From Geosiphon pyriformis uo1 (lineage: Eukaryota; Fungi; Glomeromycota), in NCBI GenBank assembly GCA_016748015.1, contig JAAOMT010000470.1, positions 242,509 to 306,508 on the forward strand: a stretch of 64,000 nucleotides of DNA. The letters are read 5' to 3'. The notes beneath the pieces were generated by a model. The model saw only the letters and a program-made list of their open reading frames with translations. It had not been told where the DNA came from and made no database searches. The position numbers and the translations under genes were made by a program. Positions within the stretch are counted from its first letter, which is position 1, and each line of letters starts with the position of its first letter. Below are positions 37,342 through 50,237 of the stretch, piece by piece.

Positions 37342-40300
37342 TGTTACTAGTAGAATTTTAACATGAAATTATCCTCATAATTCTTATTTTTAATTAGCAT
37401 ATACTATTATTATTTTGATTATCACTTATTATTTAATCAAATTATCAAATATCATTACTTAATTAATAACTCGATTTGTATTATAGAAATTAAGATAATC
37501 AAATTACACAATACTTTGAACCATTTAATATAGTCAAAATTTGCTGAAATTGATAGAAAATTGGCCGAAATAATCAATAGTTTGTAAAAATAACTTGTAG
37601 TTTACCAAAATGTATCTTTAGTTCACCAAAATTGGAGCAAAGAAAAAAGTGCAAGTTTAAAAACTAGTACTACAACAAATTGTATAAAAAAAAAGCTTTT
37701 CTTTTCAAGAAAATGTAGCTTCTTATATTTTATCATAGTCTCTTACTTTAAATATTTTAATTGGAACAAATCATCTTTTACACATCTCAAATAAAAATTA
37801 AATATTTGAAAACCAAATCCTTTGATTATTATACTTGAAATTCCCTCAACACAAAATTAACATTTTGAAATTAATTAGCTACCAATTTCAGTTATTTGTT
37901 AGTAATTCCAGGCCTAAATAGAAAACGTTTCCTTTGACAAAATTTTATTTCTTTTATATTTTTTATATATATATTTTTTTTCTTATTATAATCATTAGGA
38001 TAGCTTACAGACAAGATTTCTGTAGAAAAATTGACTTTCACAGCAAAGTAACTACACATTTTTAGTAAGCTTTCAGATGAGCAATTTCTGGGAAAAAGTT
38101 AATGTTTACTACAATGTAACTATATAAAGTAACTGGCATAGAATTGGCCATTCTATTTATAAGCCTAGCAGTTCAAATTATAGAAGATAATTTAAAGATA
38201 AATTCAGTTATTAGAGGTTCAACTACTTCTAGAAAACATGAATTCACAACAAACAGCCATTAACAACATTCAAAAAAAGAGACCAAAAACCTCTGGTAAT
38301 ATTTAGTGCTCTCCTATAGAAATAACACAGCAATAACAACTTCAAAGTGATAACCATATCAGACACAACAACTCTAAAGTATTATCAGTCAATTTACACT
38401 CACTGTAAGCAAAGATTCAACATCCCAAACGGAATTAAAGTTGTCAAAAAATCATTATACCAATATATTGAAAACTGTATCAACAATTATTTTTTTGGAA
38501 ACTACAACATTTCAGAAATTAGAAACAATCTTTACAATAATTTATTGTACTATTTACTATTGAGAACTGAAAATTTTAACAGTGAAACACTTGCCATCTA
38601 CTTTTAAAAACTTAACTTTAGCATTATTCAATATTGTAAAGAAAAATATCCAGTACAATCCAAATACTCTTTTGACTTTGAATCAAAAACAGAAACAAGC
38701 AATAAAAGCAAACAAAAAGTAAAACAATACTCAAAAACTACTCTAAACACTCCAATACTACCAAAAACAACTGTCAAACACTTACAAACACCTGAACAAG
38801 AAACCAGTATTAAATTATCACTTTTTATTACACTATTTCCAATTTTATTTGTTCAACCACAAACACCAAATTCACCACTTATCTGTTTTTCAAGACTAGA
38901 AAATTTTTAGTCACTTAAAAGTTCTACTCAATAGCAGAAACCAGATTATTAAAAACTTTTCAATACCAACAAATTTTACAGAATTAATAGCATTCTTGGA
39001 ATTTGCTGGATACTATTACTGTTTTATTCAAAACTTTTCCAAACTGGCTCAACTATTTTACCAACTTCAAACTAAAAATGTAAAATATAAATAAATTGAA
39101 GCTCAGTATGAAGCTTTTGACATTTTAAAAAAAAAGCTTATTTAAGCACCAGTATTGATCTATTCAGACTACAGCAAACTATTCATTATTACTACCAATA
39201 TATCTAATTAAGCATTGGGAGCCATACTATCTCAAAGAGAACATAATAGACAAGAACATCCAATAACATATGCCAACTGAAAAAAACTATGGAATCCCAG
39301 CACTAGAACATTTAGCTATCTATTGGGCAGTTATTAAATAGAAAAAGTATTTAAGCCAGAAGTTTGAAGTATACACTGATCACAAAGGACTAACATCAAT
39401 CCAGAAACAAAAATTTGGAAACAACTGCTATGTCAGATGAAAAATAAAACTTTTACTATTTAAATATACAATACATTATAAAAAGAGAAAAAAAAATAGA
39501 AATGCTAACAGTTTGTTATAAATAAAACAAATCTAAGAACATTTCAATCCAAAAATATAACAAAAAATGAATACACAAAAATATTAACAACTCCAACACT
39601 ATATTAATATTTAGTAGTTCAAGGAAAAATTATCTTAAAAGAAACAAAACAACATAAAACAACAATCAAAGTATTTTATTACTTACCAAAATATATTATA
39701 TTAGAAAAACAGAAAAGATCTAAATCAATCACTTAGAATAATCACAAAACCAAAGAAAAAAACAATATTATACAACATATATTCAGATTCAACAACAGAA
39801 CATTTTCATAAAGAAGCAATTATAGAAAAAACCAGAAAAAGATATTATTGGTCATTAATATATCCAAACATTATCCAATACATTCAAAATTGTGATGCTT
39901 ATCAGAAGAGAGAAGAAACAAGACCCAAAGAACTATTAAGACTAATTAGAGTGAGACAACTATTTGATAGAATTAGAATTGACTTAGTAGAACCATTAAC
40001 AATTATCAGCAAAAGCAATCATTATATAGCAGTTGCCATAAACTATTTTACAAAATGGCCAAAGACAAAAGCAATTCAAAGAGCAGATGCAGAATTTGTA
40101 ACCAAATTTGTTCACTAAGATTTGATTTGTTAACACAAATATCCAAAAAAATTGTTATTAAATCAAAGAACTCACTTTGTAAACACAATATTAGCAGAAT
40201 TAAGCCAAAGATTTGGAATTAAAAGACTATTATTATCACCATATTATTTACAAACAAATGATTTAGTGAAAAGATTCAACAGAACATTGTATAAAAAAAT

Positions 40301-40805
40301 TGCCAAAATCACCCAAAAAAACCAGGACAAATAGGATTTGTTTATATTATCAGTATTATTTGCTTATCAGACAATAAAGCAAGATACCACATAAACAACA
40401 TCATTTAAATTTGTTTATGATAAAACAGCAATATTACCAGTTAAGATAAAAGTCAATACATATCCAAAAAAAACCAATAACAGAAACCAACTTCCAAAAA
40501 ACATTGCTAAGAAGAATGTACAAACTAATAGAAACATTGAAAAACAAAAAACAAAAAGCAGCTAAAAACATTCAAAGATTACAAAAAAAACAGAAAAAAT
40601 GACATGAAAAGCAATTACCAGATAAACCAGTTGAATTCAGGATTAGAGACAAAGTACTTTTATATTATATCAAAGTGGAAAAATAATGAAGTTAAAATTT
40701 TGACTTTAAATAAGATAGACCATTTCATATTGAAAAAATTCTAAAAAATAGAGTTTACAAATTAAAATAGAATAACAAAATCTTAGCCAAAGCAGCATAT
40801 GGCAA
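37342..40805 (+). mobile_element. Deleted/chimeric Gypsy: family A LTR (37342-38301), PBS, gag 5' part, fused at ~38945 to RT-end-RNaseH-INT
   Basis: LTR and gag match 19330-20928 (reverse complement); the pol part closely matches 32425-34070. Confidence 0.88.
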
Positions 40806-42721
40806 TATTACAAGTGATTATTTGAAGTCTTAAATTAAATAACAAATCTGTAACTTGATGCTAATAGCTGATACAATTATTATAATCTGAAGGTTTTGGT
40901 TGTTTGAAGGTTTTGGTTAAGTCTTTTGTATAATAAACAGAGATTTAATAATTGTTTTCAGTAGTCTCTTAGAATTGTAATTCTATCAATTTTTTTTTCA
41001 GCTTGGTGGCCAGCAATCTTCTTGTAAGTAATCCTTAATTTTAAGTGTCTATTCTTTTGTAGGGGTCTTTTACCAAACAATCCTTGATGTTAATAACTCA
41101 GTGCTTAATTTTTAATTAATTAGTAACAACAAAGAAATAAAATACAAAAGAAAATTTAAAAAAAATAAAATATAAGTCAAGGCAAGTAATATTAGTATCT
41201 TATCAATAGTCATAATCAAGAGCTATTGTTCTAATGTAATCAAATATTTGATATTATTAACATAAAGTGTTGATAGTAGGGAAAGCAATTTAGATGGTAA
41301 TAATTATTTATTAATATTGATAATTATAATAAAGATATAATAATAAGAAGATATTGGTAATTTCTAAATTATTCTTTTCTGCTTCTAATGCTCTTATTAT
41401 ATATACATAATTTAGGTTCTATGAAATTGCTTATATTCCCGAACAATATGCTATAATTTTTTGAGCAATGCTCACATTGCTAAGTAATGTGCTTTAATTT
41501 TCTAACATTGCTCTATATTGCTAGCAATATGTGGTAATTTCTGACATTGTTCCATATTGTTAAGCAATATGCTTATATGTTAACTACTACTTTCCTATTG
41601 GTCTATCTGTTTTTTTCCTATTTTTTTTTATATGTTTTTCTTATAAGTAATATTATTTCTTCTTTTTAATATTGAGCTCTATTGAAATTTTCACTTTAAA
41701 TTAAGTTTAATATTTTTTTTTCTAATATTGTTTGTTTAACTTTGTTTTTTATATCTTTAATTTGCACATTGTTTATTTTTTCTTATTGGTTAATAATAAT
41801 TGTTTCCATGTTAGAGTATAACAATATTTCTGGGTAATTTTGAAATATTGTGTATAGTTAATAGATTGTTCTAATGTGCAATAATAGATTTGTCTTTTTT
41901 TTGATAATATTTTCAATATTTTGTATTATTTTTTGATTAAATTTTGGCTTTATCAAGATATAATTTTTGAATGTTCAACTTTTGTTCCAACTGATAGTAG
42001 CAATATGGTATTGGAAGTTGTTCTGTTTATTGTTTCCAATTTTCTTTTGAAAGTTTTTCTGTTAGAACTATAATAAATATTTTCCCAAAAGTGTTCTTTA
42101 CTTTCTCTACTATTTTGTCTGACCAGTTTCTTGATTGTTTTTGTGATCACTGGTATGGTGTATTTTTTTTTTGTTTAGTGTTTTAATAACAGATTGTTTG
42201 GTGGTTAATAATAATTTCTATGTTTAATTATTACTGACTTAAGATTTAAAACAATTGTTGAGCTAAGGTGTAAATATGATCTGGTATTTCCATTTTTTTT
42301 GTTGCTTTTGTTACATATCCCATGTTTTTATATACTCTTTTGGTTGTTCAATTTGACATGTTTGGTTCAATAATTATAATTGGTTCCAGATCTCATGAAA
42401 TCTCATTTGGTTAGACTAGTATTTGTTGTACTTTCAGTTGTGAAATATTATTGATAAATAATGATACTATATAGTAATATGGTTTCAGTCAATCACTATG
42501 TGCTGTTTTGATTAAGATTTTGTTGTCTTATCTTAATTTATAAGCTTCATTTCCTAAAATTTTTTTTATGTAAAATAGTCTATCTCATTTGGGGTCAAAT
42601 TTTCCACTCCATTGTTTTTCTACTTTGGTATAATATAAAAGTATTTTGTCTCCAATCTTGAATTTAACTGGTTTATTTGGTAATTGGTTATTATGTCTTT
42701 TTTTTGGTTTTTCTTATGAGA
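40806..42721 (-). mobile_element. Gypsy family B 3' end: INT C-terminus, accessory ORF, PPT, 3' LTR (40806-41652)
   Basis: RHNNQLPNKPVKFKIGDKILL at ~42640-42700; LTR very similar to 31306-32109. Confidence 0.9.
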
Positions 42722-45700
42722 TTGTAAAAAGTACAGAAAGTCTAAGCTTTATAAATTGAAGTTGACTAAGGATGTGTCTATTAAGAAAACAATTGAGGAG
42801 TGCATGAAAAGTTTTTGTTTTAATAAAAATAATATAATTAAAAGTATTCTAAACCAGTTCTTTTATAAAATGGTTTTGGATTACTTGGTAGTAAAAAATA
42901 AGTTGGTGGTTGAGCCTGATAAAATAAAGCTTAAGATGAATGAAATTATAAAAAGATAGATAAAGAGTAGTCAGTGCTTCCAAAAATGCCCAACCTTTGG
43001 ACTTGTCAATACATGTCTTTAAACTAGATTAATAATAGTGTCTTTTCTGATATAATGAAAAAAATTAATATGAAAGAGTGTCTTTAGTTGTTAATAATTT
43101 ACCAAATGATAAGACTGCTAAGTTGTTAGAAATACCTAATAAACTTTAGAAACATTGTGATAAAAAGATGTTGGTTTGTCTTTTGAGACTGTTAAATTTA
43201 TGTTTGACTTTGGATGTGGTTCCAATTTCTTAAAAGAGAGCATAAGTTTTAATAAACCCAAAACCTTATGAATGAAATAGTATTTTAATAAATATTAGGC
43301 TTATTGCACTAATCAAAACAGTTTGGAAGATATTGTCTAAGATTTTTTTGATAGAATTTCATTGACATGCAGCAAATTTAATGTTCTTTGCAGTAATAAT
43401 TTTTTGGTGTTAAAAAATACTTTGACTCAGTCTCCTATTTTTGCCATTAGATTAGTTGTTAAGAATACTCTGAAAAAAACAGAGAGCTTTGGTTGGTGTT
43501 ACAAGATATGTGCAAAGCTTATGATTCAATAGACTGATATTATTTGAAAACTAGTTTGCATTACATTAAAATGTGTAATCAGTTTATCAGATTTTTTGGC
43601 AGTATTTATAAGGATCAGATTAATAAAATAATAATGGATTTTGAACTTTTAGATGATTATAAAGTACATAATAGCTTAGATTAGAATAAGATTTTTTCTC
43701 TACTTCTTTAAAAAATTTTCTATGATTTACTTTTGTGTAAAGTGAAAAAACATAAACATTTATATAAATACTATATTAATACTAGATTTGTAGTGAAAAC
43801 TGATAAGATCAAGACTGTTAAAGAAAAAAACTTTTTTTTTAGTGGCTAGTGCTTTTGTTAATGACACAATTTGGATTAAGAGTTGTCAAGCTTCTACACA
43901 ATGCATTTTAAATATTGCCAGTAAGTTCTTTGTTGTTAATAATATTTCAATTAATAATAATAAAATAGTGGCTATTCCTATCAATCAAGATGTCAAGTTT
44001 ATATTATTGTTAATTAATGGTTTACCTATTTTAATTGCTAAAAAGAGTGAATTGCACAAGTACTTGGACATTTTTTTATTCACTAAAAGTTTTTTTAAGC
44101 CTAGTTTGGTTTAGATTTATGTAGATAATAGGTTTTTTTCGAATATAGTGTTAAAAAAAACTATTACAGATAAACAATTTTCTTACTTGGTTTTGGCTAT
44201 TTTGCAGTTTATAGTTAGCTATTGAATACAGTTTAGTTTTGTTTTAGCAAGTGTATATTGCAAGTAAGATGTAATAATTAGGAAGTGTTTTAAGACCAAA
44301 ACTGGTCTGTAATATGACTTTTCCAATAAGATTTTGCATCATTTATGATTTGAAATCTTTTAAGCAAGTATAGTTTGAAGGAAAGTTAACTTTATTGGTT
44401 TTTTTTTTCAATGTCTGTGGTATTTTTAGACATCTTTTTGAGCATAAGTTTTTGGATTTGCAGATTTTAAAATAGTCTTTTTTGAATTTTTTACAGTTTT
44501 TTGTCTAGTTGCATGTTAGTCCAATAAATAATTTTTTGGCTAGTATGGTGAAAATTTTTTTGGAAAATGAGTTGTCTTTGGCAAACAACTTGCCTAATGC
44601 TTTTCACAGATCAAATAAATTTTCAATATTTGGTATCTTAGAGCAACTCTTGTATTATAACTCTGTTCTTTTTTTAAAGTAGTTTAGTGTTGTATTTGAT
44701 AACAGACTTCTAGACAAAAAAGAGAATATAATAGACTGGAAAACATTTCAGTAGTAGAAAAAGTTGGATCCAAGATTTTTGTGTTTTATTAATCTATACT
44801 AGCATTTAAGTTTATGAACAAAAATGGTTTTTTGGAGGCCAAATCTGCTGTTATTTCCAAATTGTCTGTGTTAAATGTCTTGAAATCCAAGTAGTTCTGT
44901 AATATTTGTAATTATTTATTGGAAATTTGGTCTAATTGTATCAAGATTTACACAAATGAGTTCTTAAAGAGTGCTGGTTTTGCTGAAATAACAAGTGGAA
45001 TGACTGCTTATTTTTTGGCTGCAGATATGGGTATTGGAGTTAGAGTACATGGGCTTTTATTTTTTATTTTGGCTAAATTGCAAGTTATTGCTTTGGCTTT
45101 AAAATGTGTTCTATTTTTATGTGCTGTAATTTTGTATTTGAATAGCCAATCTGAAATTGACATTTGTGTATTTGAAACTTTGTTTGTAATGCTTAACTTC
45201 TGTAATTAATGTTGAATTAAGAGATTGCATGTAGTCAATCTTATTAGGAATAAAAACATTTCAGTTAAGTAGATAAAAGTTAAAGAACATTCAAAGATTT
45301 CAGATAATGTTAGAGCTAATGAACTGATTGGCAAGACCACTTTTTTTTCTTTTTCTTTGTAAGCAGAGATTTGGGAATGGTTTTTGGTTGCTGAAAATAT
45401 TGTTGTGTTTAATAACATTTGTTATTTTATTTGTGATCTGTACTAGTCAATTTGCTGTGCTTGTTAAGAAGTTAGTCTTGGTTTTGATGTTGTTCTGAGT
45501 GTTATAATCAGAAAAATAAATTAGACTACTACTACAATGGTTTAACATCCTAACTTGTATATGCTTTCTGAATTTACTAGTAAAAAATTGGCTAATCTGT
45601 ACACATATATAATAAAAGCAGTACATAAACAGCTGTTAGTAATGATTAAAAAAAGATTGTATAATAAAAATTATTCTGGAGTACTGTGTTTGCTGTGTAA

Positions 45701-46370
45701 CAAAGTGGAGTTGTTTGACTATGTTTTTACTTGTTTTAGTAACATTGGTTTTTATAAAGACATTTTAGTTGAAGCTATTAAAAGATAGGTATTATTAACA
45801 GGTCTTTTTTGCTCATTTACTTCTGCCATTTTGTATTTGTTTTTAATATGTGCTTTAAATATAATTCTGTATATTACAATTTGTAAAGACTTTGTGTTAA
45901 GAGATTGGTATGCTAAGACTGTTCTGGTTTTTAAGAAAAAGAAAAAGACTGTTTTGGTTCTAGTTGAATACATTTAGTTTGTAATAAAATTGCATTGTAT
46001 TAAAGTGTAGTTAATTAGATTTAAACATAGAATGAATATAGAAAAGACTGGTTTGGTCAAAAATAATTATTTGGTTGTGGGCTTGTCTTATTATATGGTG
46101 TCTATGTTGTTAGATAAAGTGATTTATATGCTTAGTGTTATGGAATTTTTTATTATTAGTTTTGGTAAACACAAAATATGTTATTTTTTTTTTGGTTTAA
46201 GTAGTGATACTTTTATTAGTATAAACATATAATGTTGCTTTAACTGATCCAAATAGCTGGCTATATGTAGTAAATATATAAGTTGTATTTAATTTGATCT
46301 ATTTAATTTGGTTCTATGTACTAGATAACAGTTGGACTTTATTCATTAAATCTTATAATAATAAAAAATT
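42719..46370 (+). mobile_element. LINE 3' half: degenerate ORF2 RT, RNase H, C-terminal Zn finger, 3' UTR, A-rich tail
   Basis: QDMCKAYDSI, AFVNDTIW (FVDD), KIYTNEFL (YTDGS), CLLCNK..DYVFTC; homologous to the minus-strand LINE at 48920-55740. Confidence 0.92.
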
Positions 46371-46859
46371 ATAGTAATTAATGATATTAATTTCTCTTTT
46401 TTTATTTTATTTTTATTTTTTTTGGAATTTTCTTTTTTTTTAATAGAGCAGTAATATTAAAAATATTAATTGTTTGAGAATAGACTTTATAATAGTTTGA
46501 TAAAAAAGAGAAACTTCTTTTAGATTTAAATATTAATTCTATTTTATTAACTTTTTAAAAAAGTAAAAAGACAATATTAGACTTTAATAACTGTACTTAA
46601 CTAGTTTAAAAAAAATAGCTTATATATATCTAACTGTAAATAGTTAAATTATATTTTTATGCTTTATAACTAAAGAACTTTATGAATAAATTCATAGCTA
46701 TTAAAAATTTTTAAAAACTGATAACTTTAATTTGTTACTTATATAAATAAAAAAAACTTTTTAAGTTTCTTTATTCAAATATAAAGCACTAAATATTACT
46801 ATTATACTTCATCCAGTTTATTTATAACAATATTTTAATAAGTTTTTAAACAAACAATT

Positions 46860-47068
46860 TTTGAAAAAAAATTAATTTTTACTACAAAGTAACTATACAA
46901 ATAACTGACATAAAATTGGCTATTCTATTTATAAGTTCAGTAGTTCAAATTATAAAAAATAATTTAAAAATAATTTTGTTATTAGAAGTTTAACCACTTT
47001 TAGTAATTGTAAATTAACAGAATAATAATATTAATAATATTCAAAAAAAAACAAAAATTTTCAATAAT
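46860..47068 (+). repeat. Decayed fragment of a family A LTR in an AT-rich desert
   Basis: Aligns by eye to ~38090-38301. Confidence 0.7.
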
Positions 47069-50000
47069 AATATATATAAATCATTTTAGTTTCTTATTTG
47101 TAGATGAATATAATTATTTATTTTTAGTTATAATCATAATTATTGAGAAAAAAATGTTATATTAATAAAATTAAAGAATTAATAATAATAATTGATTTTA
47201 TAAGTTTAGGATTACTAATAAATTTATTATTTTAATTAATAAAAATACTAAAAAACCAATATTATAAATAATAAAATAAAAATTAATTAATAGATTAGTA
47301 AATTATATATTGTAATTATTATTAATTAATTAGTATAAAATTTAGTAATTAATGATATAAACACATTAAATATATTATAAAATATACAAAAAATTAAGTC
47401 AATTTATTTTTGTTTTGTAAAATTAAGATATATATACTTATTTTCATAAAAATAACATTTTATATTTGGTACTAACTCTTTTATTAATTGTTTTTATTGC
47501 AAAATATAATTTTATAAGCTATTAATATAAAAATATATATTGTTTAAAGATAAATTTACAAGTTTATTTTTAATAAAGCATTAAAATAATTATTATTACA
47601 TAATATATTAATTAAACAATTAATTAAATAATCAATTTATTTGTTACAATATATTACTCAATTTATTTGATATTTTTTTACTTAATATTTTTATTATTAT
47701 AATTAAAACATCTTAATAATAAAGATACTTCATATAATTATCTCTGAATATATAATATTATATATAATTCTCACTATAATATTTATATATTTGTACAAAA
47801 ATATAATATTATCTTAAATTCCAAGTAATTTATCTATAAAAAAACTCAAAAAAACAATTTTAATACTTAATAATAAAATTAATAGAATATAAATTAAAAC
47901 AGAATAAAAAAATAAAATTTAGTTTTAAAATATTTTAGTTATTAATTTACAATAATAATATAATTATATTAAATAAAATTTATGTATTTTATATTAATGT
48001 GTTTTAATATTAATGTACTATTTTTATTGATTAAAAGACAAAAATCTGCAAAAAGCTATAAATCTAAATATTTTGATAAAACTAAAACTTTTTAAGTTGA
48101 ATTTACCACTTTATTAAACCAAAAAAAAAAGAAAAAACCATTTTTCCATAAAATATATAATGTTTTATTCTTGAAAATAGATTTTAGTTTATTCACATTC
48201 ACAAAATTCTACTAGCATCAAAAATTCTATTAAAAAATTTTATTAAACAAAATCAAAACTTGAATTCAAAAAATAAAAGATATTTATTTTAATAACATAA
48301 AAAATAATAATAATAATATATATTAATAGTAATAATAGCAATAACAATAATAATAATAGCTAATATAAGATAAAAAAAGAAACTGCTATTTTTTACAATA
48401 TAAAAGACCTAAAATTTAACAAATATATATATAATATGCTTTATAATATTACAGGTAATTATTTGAAATATTGGTACAAATAACAAATTCATAATTTGAT
48501 GCTTAATAATTTAATAATATTGGTAAAATCTGAAAATTTTGGAATCTGAAAATTTTGGTTGAGTCTTTTATATAATAAACAGAGATTTAATTAATATTTT
48601 AGTATTTATTCTAAAAATTCTTTTTGTAAATTTTTTTCTCAGCATAATGGCTAGTTTTTTCTAACAGTTTTGCTTTTTTGGTAAGCTATCCTTAATTTTA
48701 TAAGCTCTTTACCTTTGTTTTATGAATTTTTTACTAAACTATCCTTAACATCAAATACTCAATACTTAATTTTTTTTGATTAATTAGTAAACAACAAAGA
48801 AACAAAACAAAAAAAAACAAAAAAAAACAAAAGAAAATAAAAGAAATAAAGAAAAATAAAAATTAGTATTTTGTTAATAACCATGATTAAGAACTATTGG
48901 TCTAGTGTAATTAAGTATTTTTTATTTATTTACACATTTAATAAGTAAAGTCCAACTGCTATCTAGTATATAGAGCCAAACTAAATAATTTAAACTAAAT
49001 GTAACTCATGTACTTACTATATGTGACTAGTCACTCAAGTTAAACAAAGCAATACTACACACTTATATTAACTTGTATATCATCATCCAGACCAAAAAAA
49101 AAATGACACAGCTTGTAATAACCAAAGCTAATAGCAAAAAACTTAACAATACCAAGCAATCTGATTACTCTATCAGATAACATTGAAGATATACTACAAG
49201 ACAGCCCAAAAACCACACCACTATCATAAACCAAACCAATCTTTTTTATTTTTATTCTATGTTTAGACTTCATCAATTATGTCTTAACATAATACAATTT
49301 TACAACAAATCTTACATATTTAACAATTCTAACAGCAGTCTCCTTCCTATTCTTGAAAATACCAAAAGTTTCTTTGTACTACTTTTTTAATACAAACTTT
49401 TTACACATTACAGTATATAAACCAATATCTAAAGAAAATTAAAAGAAGACCTGCAAAACAGCAGAAGAAAACAAATCACAAACGCCAGCCAAAGCAGTCC
49501 ACTATACAAAAGTCTTAACCAAAATTTTACCATAAACAACAACATTCTAAGTACAAGTAAAAGCATGATCCGAAAACTCTACTTTATTATACAACAAACA
49601 CAACACACCAGAGTAATCCTTATCATACAACCTTTTTTTAATTATCACTGATAATTATCTGTATACAGCTTTTATTAAATACATGTACAAGTTAGAAAAC
49701 TTTTAGCTAGTAAATCCAACAAGCATATAAAAATTGGGGTGCCATATCTTTACAGTAGAAACCCAGTTTACATACTTAATCACCATATTCAAAATCACAC
49801 TGCAGCCAGAACCAGCTTTCTAACAAGTGTAACAGATAGACCAAAATATATCTTTGACAAAATGACAAGCACTGCCAAATACAGCTGTGTTATTAGCCAC
49901 CAAAAAATGCTTCCACATACTAGCCAACAATAAAAAAAAGACTGCACAACCATCCCAGCTGTAAAATCAGTCTTCATATTACCAGCAATTCCAGAATGAC

Positions 50001-50237
50001 TTTTAATCTTAATTCAATTTACAGTAAAATTCTTATTTCTAATCAAATTAAAAACATGTCATCTCTTAATTCAACACTAGTTATGAAAATTAGGCACAGC
50101 AAATGACAACTTCAACATATATGCATTAATAGCAACTTGGCTATTAAGATGCAATACTACTGTATTAGAAAATAGAACACATTTCAAGAACAAACCAATA
50201 ACTCACAACTCAGTCATAGTAGAAGACAAAAAATCAT

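Noticed and set aside
46370-48446. Centromere or replication origin (extreme AT content)
   Set aside because: Contains a recognisable LTR relic; better explained as end-stage decayed repeats, and sequence alone cannot show centromere function.
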